Assembly: GCA_035764525.1 (NCBI GenBank)
Contig: DASTZB010000250.1
Coordinates: 1 to 59,824 of the forward strand
Direction: 5' to 3'
Source: Chitinophagaceae bacterium
GTDB taxonomy: Bacteria > Bacteroidota > Bacteroidia > Chitinophagales > Chitinophagaceae
DNA length: 59,824 bases
Shown here: piece after piece, positions 28,407 through 36,141 of the stretch
How positions within the stretch are numbered: the first letter of the stretch is position 1
Layout of the letters: every line of letters starts with the position of its first letter
The notes under the pieces: generated by a model
What the model was told of the DNA's origin: nothing
Databases searched by the model: none
The model's input: the letters and a program-made list of their open reading frames with translations, nothing else
Position numbers and translations under genes: made by a program

Positions 28407-30457
28407 TTTTCGTTGTTTACCGGTAAACTGATGATAAACACAGAGCCTTCTCCTTCCTTCGTTTCTACCTTCAATTCACCACCATGCCCTTTTGTGATTA
28501 TGTCATAGCTTAACGATAAACCGAGACCTGTTCCTTGTCCGGCTGGCTTGGTGGTGAAGAATGGCTGAAATATCTTATCCAATACTTTTTGCGGAATACC
28601 ATTTCCGTTGTCCCTGACACTGATCTCCACTTTATCGGCTGCTTTTTTTGTACTCACAGTAACTATTGGTTCGTAGTTATCTCCTTGCTGTTGCTTCTTT
28701 TCAGAAACAACATAAAATGCATTGGTAATTAAATTCAGGATCACACGGCCGATATCCTGCTGTATCACATTTACTTTTTCAATTGTAGTATCAAATTCAG
28801 ACTTCACATCAACATTAAAAGATTTCTCCTTTGCCTTCATGCCATGGTAAGCAAGCCGCAGATACTCATCAGCCAATACATTAATATCTGTCAATTCTTT
28901 TTTACTCGTGCTGCTTCGTGAATGCTGCAGCATGCTTTTTACAATTGCATCGGCCCTTTTTCCGTGAAAAATTATCTTTTCTTCATTCTCCTTTATGTCT
29001 TTTGCTATTTCTATTGCCTGTTGTTTATTGTCTTTTTCCAGTTCTGTCTCTAATTCGTCGATCAATTCTGCATTTACTTCGGAAAAATTATTGACAAAAT
29101 TCAATGGGTTTTGAATTTCATGTGCAATACCGGCTGTCAATTCACCCAATGAAGCCATCTTTTCGGATTGCACCAATTGATTTTGCGTTGTCTTTAATGT
29201 TGCCAACGTAGTCTCCAGTTCATTTTTCTGTTTTGATAAAAGAATGTTTGCTTTTTTTCGTTGAAGACTGTTACGATATAAAATAATCGCAATGAATAAA
29301 AAAATTGTAAGTCCTGTGATCAATGCATACATCCTGAACTTTACACGATAAGCTTGTTGCGCTGCTTCAATTTGTTGCTGGCGTTGCTGTGCTTCAAAAT
29401 CGATGTTTTGAAATTCCTGCGCATTTTTTGAATTGTAAAGATTATCTTTTATCTTAATGATCAGCGATTGGTATTTTACGGTACTATCATTATTGCCTTT
29501 TATTTTATAAAAATCTGCAAGCGCCGTATAAGAACGCATAAAGAGATCAGGAGAATTTAAATAACTGGCAACAGGCAATCCATTTCGAACGAAGTATAAG
29601 ATCGAATCGATATACCCGGAATTTTTACTAAGTTCTGCCAGGGCGAGATTGCTTGCCACCACACCGCGATAATAAAAATGCTCTTCGCTTTCAGCCAATC
29701 CTCTTCTAAAATATTCTTTTGCTTTTTCAGTATTTCCTTCAGCTACATACACTCTGCCGATATTCAATAAAATGCTCCCGATATACCTGTTATAATTTGC
29801 AATGACAGCATTGTCATAAGCTTTTTGCAAATAGTATAAAGCAGAATCCGGTTGTTTCAATGATAAGTACGTACGACCAAGTGTAGCATATGTAATACTT
29901 AACATCCGTGAGTTATTAGTTTGTTCTCCTACCATCAGGGACAGCCTGTAATAAGAAATTGCTTTTTCATAGATCGCAGCATTTTGATACACAATGCCGA
30001 GATATTGCTGTGTCCTGCTCAGTCTTGTGAGTCGTTGCATGCGGGGTGACACCGAACGGTCAGAAAACTCGTCAATAGGTTCTATTGTTGATGGCAACAA
30101 ATTTTTTTCACTTGCGGGATCTTCACCGATAGCAATTGATGAAAGGATGTTTTGTAATGCCCGCGGTTGATTGCCCTTATTCAATAACGCATATCCCATT
30201 TGATTCAATGCAATACTTTCCTCAAGTTTTAGATGCAATTTCTTTGTAATAGCCTGCATTTTTTCGGCATAGTAGTAAGCACTGTCAGGGTCGATCTCAG
30301 AATAGATATCAGCTGTTTTTCCGTAAAGGATCATGCAGACCGTATCATTTTTACACTTGCTGATCGAATTTTTAAGACTGTCAATATATGATTGTTGTGC
30401 AACAATAAAGTTTGCAAGAAAAAGATAAAACACTATATGGATAATCCGTCTTGTCAT
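28403..30457 (-). CDS. Sensor histidine kinase (signal peptide, TPR, TM, DHp/HATPase)
   Basis: 684 aa ORF. Signal peptide-like N-terminus (IVFYLFLANFIVAQ), then TPR-like repeats. TM helix MYALITGLTIFLFIAIILY-RNS. Carries the H-box and the DIITKGHGGELKVET variant. Its stop overlaps the next gene's ATG (ATGA at 28403-28406). Confidence 0.92.
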   Translation of the reverse strand: MTRRIIHIVFYLFLANFIVAQQSYIDSLKNSISKCKNDTVCMILYGKTADIYSEIDPDSAYYYAEKMQAITKKLHLKLEESIALNQMGYALLNKGNQPRALQNILSSIAIGEDPASEKNLLPSTIEPIDEFSDRSVSPRMQRLTRLSRTQQYLGIVYQNAAIYEKAISYYRLSLMVGEQTNNSRMLSITYATLGRTYLSLKQPDSALYYLQKAYDNAVIANYNRYIGSILLNIGRVYVAEGNTEKAKEYFRRGLAESEEHFYYRGVVASNLALAELSKNSGYIDSILYFVRNGLPVASYLNSPDLFMRSYTALADFYKIKGNNDSTVKYQSLIIKIKDNLYNSKNAQEFQNIDFEAQQRQQQIEAAQQAYRVKFRMYALITGLTIFLFIAIILYRNSLQRKKANILLSKQKNELETTLATLKTTQNQLVQSEKMASLGELTAGIAHEIQNPLNFVNNFSEVNAELIDELETELEKDNKQQAIEIAKDIKENEEKIIFHGKRADAIVKSMLQHSRSSTSKKELTDINVLADEYLRLAYHGMKAKEKSFNVDVKSEFDTTIEKVNVIQQDIGRVILNLITNAFYVVSEKKQQQGDNYEPIVTVSTKKAADKVEISVRDNGNGIPQKVLDKIFQPFFTTKPAGQGTGLGLSLSYDIITKGHGGELKVETKEGEGSVFIISLPVNNEK

Positions 30458-30468
30458 TTGTATAATAA

Positions 30469-33400
30469 TTATTTCATAGGTAAACTTATTATAAATGATG
30501 ACCCCTCACCTTCTTTAGTTTCTACTTTTATTTCACCATCATGTCCTTTTGTAACAATATCATAACTCAACGATAAGCCTAATCCTGTTCCCTGGCCCGT
30601 CGGCTTGGTGGTATAGAATGGTTGAAATATTTTATCCAAATCTTTTTGGGGAATACCGTTACCATTATCAATTACCCTGATCTCAACAACCCCCAAACCC
30701 CCTAAAGGGGGCTTTACAGCTTTAGTAGTGACGATAACCATTGGCTCATAGCCGTTACCCGTCTTCTTTTTCTTTTCACTTACTGCGTAGAAAGAATTAT
30801 TGATCAGGTTAAGAATCACTCTACCTATTTCCTGCGGAACGATATTTATTTTGGCTATGGATCGGTCAAGATCTGTGTCAAATTTTGCATTAAAGAATTT
30901 ATCCTTTGCTCTTAATCCATGATAAGCAAGCCTGAGATATTCTTCTGCTAATGTATTTATATCTGTCAGCTCTTTTTGTCCCCCGCTGCTTCGGCTATGT
31001 TGTAACATCCCTTTTACAATTGCATCTGCCCGTTTGCCGTGGTGTAAGATCTTTTCTAAATTTTCTTTTACATCGAGTGCAATTTCTTTTGCTCCTTCTG
31101 TATTTCCTTTTTCAAGCTCGGTTTTCATTTCTTCCAATAGCTCATTGCTTACATCAGAAAAATTATTTACAAAGTTCAACGGGTTTTGAATTTCATGTGC
31201 AATACCAGCAGTCAATTCACCAAGAGATGCCATCTTCTCGGATTGTATCAATTGTTTTTGTGTAGCCTGTAATTCTGTAAGTGCATCTTCGGCTCTTTTC
31301 TTTTCTTCTTTTAGTTTTATTAAGTCAGTTCGTGCCTGCGTTAGATCTTTAAAACGTGAATACGCTAAAGAAAAAACGGAAGCTGCTCTTCTCAGCATAC
31401 GCCAACTTTCTTCTGAAATATCACCTGCTGCTGCAGCCCCGATAGCCCCATGCGAAAACTTATACAAATGATAAGTTCTGTCAGGAATCACTTCTCCATA
31501 ATATCCCCGCAAAAGAGCAGAGTTTTCTTCACAGTAACGGATCCATTCCTTCCTGTTAGCTCCCTGCATCACAATGGAGATCTGTTTTTTGGGTGATCGG
31601 TAAAATTGCAACATCTCCCTACCCACCCAGGTATCATTGAGATTGAGTGCAAAATGATCATTCACTAATTTCTTTCCTTCAGCCTTTATATCTTTCAATG
31701 CGTACCAGCATTCAGCTTTTTCAGCACTTTCATCATTAATATAAATACTGCATGTCTCCAATTCTTCCACACCCAGTAATCCCATTTCCACTCTTAATAC
31801 TTCTGCTACCTCTTTTAACTCTTCTGGTTCCTGCATCGCCAATGCTCTTGCCCGAACTCTTTCCAGTGCGGTTTCAATTTTTGCTTCTCTTGCCTGTGCT
31901 TCGGCTTTTTGCAGATCAAGAAAACGGGTATAGGCTCTTTCAAACTCTATTGCAAAACGGCATTGAATATTTTTTTCTTCGTCAGTTGCAGGTTTACAGA
32001 TGCAAATACCAAATGAACCATACTTCATCATGGCATCGTAATAATATACACCTTTAGAAAAAGTATCAAAGACCATTACTCTTTTTGCTTCACCACCTGC
32101 ATTATCGGCAATACGCTGAAATGTATCGAGCCAATTCTGTACTCTTTCCGGCGGTACATAGTTGTCATGAATTTTTACTCCGGCCCGCCATGATATAAGA
32201 CAATCATTAAAATATTGTTCTGCTTCTGCCAACGTATAAGAAGTAAAACTTGTTTTATGATCCGGCCAGGTTATCCAGAATGTATTTTCATTTTTTGCTT
32301 CATCCACCAACCAGAAATAGGAGAACTGCCATTCAATACCTAATTTTCTTAATTGCTCTCCAAAAACCAGTGATGTCTCATTCAGATCCTTTGAATTCGA
32401 CATGGCCATCACCTTTGCTCTCACTTTTTCTAATGCTGCTTCGATCTGTGCATCTCTTGCCTGTGCTTCGGCTTGCTTTAGATCATTGAAACGTGTATAC
32501 GTGAGATCAAAAACTTTTGCAAAACGACTAACAATATCCATTTGCTCTGCAGATAATTCAACAGGGCCTGATGCTTCAAGCAAACCAAAATTGTTGAACG
32601 ATCCGGAAACAATAGTATGCTCGGAATTTAGTATCCCGTTCTTAACAGCATCGGGAAGATGAGACAATTCCGTTTCGTTCAGCAATAATTTATCTATTGT
32701 TTTTTTCTCATCACCTTTCAGATCATACACCCATTTTGGATCTTTTTCCTTCCATCCCTTAATGACCGCTTCATAATAAGAGTGCTGAAGTCTTTTAATA
32801 TAATAACTCTCAGCTGATCTTTTATCTTCTGAATTTGCCATCCATAATCTTGCTGATAATGTATCGTTATCAAATATCCAGATGATACAACGGGCAAGTA
32901 TTAGATCGAGCTTTGTGAGTTCTTCAAATAAAATTTCAACAAGATCATTCAGCTCATCAGAATTTTGCATCGCCATGGCTCTTGCTCTCACTCTTTCCAG
33001 TCCCAATTCAATCTGCGCCTCTCTTGCCTGTGCTTCGGCTTTTTGCAGATCGAGGAAACGGGTATAGGTTCTTTCAAATTCATTAGCAAAGCGGCTGAGG
33101 GTCTTTTTTTCATCTTTCGTTAAATCGGCTGCAGCCATTACACCAAAGCAGCCATATTTCATGAAAGCTTCTACATAATACAAGCCACCCGAAAAATATT
33201 CCGGTTTCAGTTTTTCAACTCCATCAATCAACTCTTGCCATGCAGCAAAATAATTTTCAACAGCAGCAGGTGGTACACGATATGAATAAACAGGCTCATT
33301 GCTTTTCCAGTCAACAAGACATTGTGCTGTGGCAGGCTCGTTTCTGTCAAGCGGATAATTAATGGCCTTACTTTTAAAAACCGTTGAGCCGTTTTTATCT

Positions 33401-35940
33401 TCTCCCCAGGCAGCCCAAAAAATATGACGGTCTTTGTCTTCATCAGGAAGCCATAAAAATGAAAATGCTGAATTGATACCAAGCAATAGCACCTGCTGGT
33501 GAAAGACACGTAAGGTATCATCCAGTTCTTTCGAATGCTGCATGATCATACTTTGCGTACGGGTACGTTCCAGTGCTGTTTCGATCTTTGCTTCTCTTGC
33601 CTGTGCTTCGGCTTTTTGAAGATCAAGAAAACGGGTGTATGCCTGATCAAATACGTTTGCAAATCTTTTAACGATTTGGTTATCCTGATCAGAAAATGAT
33701 TTTTTAGAATAACTGGTAATATGAATACCCGTATTTCTTGCCAGGGCTACCGACATCGTAGCGAGCTCAGCTTCCAATAGAAATTGCTTTTGCTTTTCGG
33801 GAACATATTTAAAATCAGTATTTTCAAAAAGATGATGAAACAGTTCATTCTTTTCATCAAAAGGATAGCATTTTGAAAGCAAGTCACCTCCATTTTCCCT
33901 TATTTTAAACAGGTCGTTGAAATATGAAATGTGGGTATAAGGAACTAATATCTTCGGGTATTGTTGATTTGCCTTGCTTTCAAGCCACCAAATGATATCC
34001 TTTGAGTCTTCTGTAAAAAGAATAATTATGGCTGTATAAAAATCAACATTTAGTTCCTTTAATCGTTCAAAAACTGTATGAACCACTTCCTGCAGCTCAT
34101 CGCTCTTATGCATCGCTAAAGAACGGGAACGAACTTTTTCAACAGCCGCTTCTATTTGTGCTTCTCTTGCCTGGGCTTGTGCTTTTTCAATATCCTGGTA
34201 TCTGCGATACGCTAATTCAAATACATTTCGAAAACGTTTGAACAGGTCGATCTCATTTTCATTTAATGGAACATATGTGGACATACCCAATGCCACAGGT
34301 CCCAATGAATACCAGTAATAATTAAGCGAGTCAGAGGTTTCCAGGTAAGTATCAATAAATACATTAGTTGATCGTTGGTAGTCGAGCCAGTCTTTCACTT
34401 CTTCTCCTTTAAACCCATGTGTCCAAACCTGGTTGGGTCCTTTGAGCATTTGGTTGGCAAATTTTTCTGCTACCGGGTGATTATTATAATCTACCTCTGT
34501 GACCAACAGCTTATCATGCTTTGCATAATATTCATAATTCATGTAAGAGCTCTTCTCTTCATAGAAGATCGCTGTCTGTATATTGCGGATCTTCTTTACA
34601 TCCAGAATCTCCAATTGATCTGAAATGATCTTACACACATCCAGCATATCAGCCGGTTCTTTCATCGCCATGGCGGCAGTACGTACTCTTTCTAATGATC
34701 TTTCTATTTTTAATTCTTCATTTGCTTTTTCGATCTTTTCATTTAGCTCAGTCAATTCTTTATTACGCTGACTTACTACCTCTGCTTTGTGAGAAATTTC
34801 AAGATTGGCAATTTTTTGATTTATACTGTTTTTATGAAGTTCCTTTTCTATTTGAAAATGAGCTTCCAGCTGAACAAGCGATTCTTTAAAATCACCCTTT
34901 TGCTGGTAATACTCATGCAAATTATAATACGTATTGCTCAAGAGGTCCTGTGCCTTTATTTCATCAGCAATTTTCAAGGCGCCGGAAAGCCATTCAAAAA
35001 TTTGATGATCTTCAACATCGTTTCGGTTCTTATACAGATTGGCAAGAAATATTAACACTTCTGCTTCTCCTCTTTTGTCTCCCCTTGCTTTTCTTATTTC
35101 AAGGCTTTCATTCGAAAATTTTGAAGCTTGTTTAATATCACCAGCCTGCTCATATATTTCTGCCAGGTGAAGCAGCGCATTGGCTTCTCCTTTTTTATCA
35201 CCTGAATTTTGACTTATTATCAAACTTTGCTTGCAATAATCAATTGCCTTATCAAGGTCATTAAGTTTAAGATAGGTGAAACCGATATTGTCCAGGCTTC
35301 CTGCTTCTCCCCATTTATCATTAGACTCCTGGCGGATAACAAGACCCCGCTGGTAACAATCCAATGCATGATTATAGTCTCCATTATCAAAATAGATGGA
35401 ACCGATAATATTAGTGGCATATGCTTCCATTAAGATATTCCCCGAGCTTTTCGCAATTGCAAGAGCTTTATATAAATAATCCAGGGCGTTTTCATGATTG
35501 CCAAGATGTTTATAGGTAACTCCTATGTGATAACAACATGTTACCTCAATTTCTAATGAACCTATTTGTTGTATTAAAGCATATCCTTTTAGCAAAAGTT
35601 CTAATGAGGTACCTAAGTTTCCCCAATTACGTTCGATAATTCCTAGGTATTCGTAAACAACCGCCTGGCCCTTAATATCATTTAGGGATTGAAACAAAGA
35701 AAGAGCCTCCCTAAGGAGTGGAGCTGCTTCATCGTTTTTAAACAGCCTGACATTGCCGAATCCTAACGAGCGAAGTCCTTCGGCCAATCCTTTGGTATAA
35801 TTAATGTTTCTTGCCAGTTTTACAGATTCTTCGCTTAGCTGAAAAGCTTTGGGAAAATCGGTGACCCGTGCCTCCCATGCTTGCTGGTTAAGCTCATCAA
35901 TTTTTTCCTTCAGTGATTGTATAGCAATTTCATTACTCAT
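30469..35940 (-). CDS. Giant soluble multi-module sensor histidine kinase (cytoplasmic TPR region, 6 GAF-like modules, DHp/HATPase)
   Basis: 1823 aa ORF with no signal peptide and no TM segment. The first approximately 340 aa are TPR_12-like repeats (GEAGSLDNIGFTYLKLNDLDKAIDYCKQSL, GEANALLHLAEIYEQAGDIKQA). Six connector motifs follow (SLERVRTAAMAM, AVEKVRSRSLAMH, ALERTRTQSMIMQ, GLERVRARAMAMQ, ALEKVRAKVMAMS, ALERVRARALAMQ). The kinase cassette ends the protein. Confidence 0.92.
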   Translation of the reverse strand: MSNEIAIQSLKEKIDELNQQAWEARVTDFPKAFQLSEESVKLARNINYTKGLAEGLRSLGFGNVRLFKNDEAAPLLREALSLFQSLNDIKGQAVVYEYLGIIERNWGNLGTSLELLLKGYALIQQIGSLEIEVTCCYHIGVTYKHLGNHENALDYLYKALAIAKSSGNILMEAYATNIIGSIYFDNGDYNHALDCYQRGLVIRQESNDKWGEAGSLDNIGFTYLKLNDLDKAIDYCKQSLIISQNSGDKKGEANALLHLAEIYEQAGDIKQASKFSNESLEIRKARGDKRGEAEVLIFLANLYKNRNDVEDHQIFEWLSGALKIADEIKAQDLLSNTYYNLHEYYQQKGDFKESLVQLEAHFQIEKELHKNSINQKIANLEISHKAEVVSQRNKELTELNEKIEKANEELKIERSLERVRTAAMAMKEPADMLDVCKIISDQLEILDVKKIRNIQTAIFYEEKSSYMNYEYYAKHDKLLVTEVDYNNHPVAEKFANQMLKGPNQVWTHGFKGEEVKDWLDYQRSTNVFIDTYLETSDSLNYYWYSLGPVALGMSTYVPLNENEIDLFKRFRNVFELAYRRYQDIEKAQAQAREAQIEAAVEKVRSRSLAMHKSDELQEVVHTVFERLKELNVDFYTAIIILFTEDSKDIIWWLESKANQQYPKILVPYTHISYFNDLFKIRENGGDLLSKCYPFDEKNELFHHLFENTDFKYVPEKQKQFLLEAELATMSVALARNTGIHITSYSKKSFSDQDNQIVKRFANVFDQAYTRFLDLQKAEAQAREAKIETALERTRTQSMIMQHSKELDDTLRVFHQQVLLLGINSAFSFLWLPDEDKDRHIFWAAWGEDKNGSTVFKSKAINYPLDRNEPATAQCLVDWKSNEPVYSYRVPPAAVENYFAAWQELIDGVEKLKPEYFSGGLYYVEAFMKYGCFGVMAAADLTKDEKKTLSRFANEFERTYTRFLDLQKAEAQAREAQIELGLERVRARAMAMQNSDELNDLVEILFEELTKLDLILARCIIWIFDNDTLSARLWMANSEDKRSAESYYIKRLQHSYYEAVIKGWKEKDPKWVYDLKGDEKKTIDKLLLNETELSHLPDAVKNGILNSEHTIVSGSFNNFGLLEASGPVELSAEQMDIVSRFAKVFDLTYTRFNDLKQAEAQARDAQIEAALEKVRAKVMAMSNSKDLNETSLVFGEQLRKLGIEWQFSYFWLVDEAKNENTFWITWPDHKTSFTSYTLAEAEQYFNDCLISWRAGVKIHDNYVPPERVQNWLDTFQRIADNAGGEAKRVMVFDTFSKGVYYYDAMMKYGSFGICICKPATDEEKNIQCRFAIEFERAYTRFLDLQKAEAQAREAKIETALERVRARALAMQEPEELKEVAEVLRVEMGLLGVEELETCSIYINDESAEKAECWYALKDIKAEGKKLVNDHFALNLNDTWVGREMLQFYRSPKKQISIVMQGANRKEWIRYCEENSALLRGYYGEVIPDRTYHLYKFSHGAIGAAAAGDISEESWRMLRRAASVFSLAYSRFKDLTQARTDLIKLKEEKKRAEDALTELQATQKQLIQSEKMASLGELTAGIAHEIQNPLNFVNNFSDVSNELLEEMKTELEKGNTEGAKEIALDVKENLEKILHHGKRADAIVKGMLQHSRSSGGQKELTDINTLAEEYLRLAYHGLRAKDKFFNAKFDTDLDRSIAKINIVPQEIGRVILNLINNSFYAVSEKKKKTGNGYEPMVIVTTKAVKPPLGGLGVVEIRVIDNGNGIPQKDLDKIFQPFYTTKPTGQGTGLGLSLSYDIVTKGHDGEIKVETKEGEGSSFIISLPMK
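31340..34760 (-). repeat. In-frame tandem array of 6 protein modules, about 552-573 nt each
   Basis: Connector codons lie near 31860, 32428, 32993, 33566, 34138 and 34690 (approximate). Confidence 0.9.
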
Positions 35941-36141
35941 TTATAAATGAGAACAACAGTTTGTCTCGTTTTGTTTTTACTAGCTGAAATTAATGATTTC
36001 TTAAAGACTTATAAAATAAACAGATACGATGGGACTTAATCGGTTTCCAGTAATTGCATCAGCAAAAAACAGGCAGTAATCTTAACACCAGCCTCTATTT
36101 TATATAAAACTCCCAGGCGATTCCGGTTGGGGTTCTTAAAA

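Noticed and set aside
15340-34760. Regularly spaced, near-identical 25-40-nt repeats that could superficially suggest a CRISPR-like or other non-coding repeat array.
   Set aside because: The spacing is about 560 nt, not 60-70 nt. The repeats sit in frame inside long uninterrupted ORFs and encode the conserved helical connector. No cas genes or leader sequence are present.
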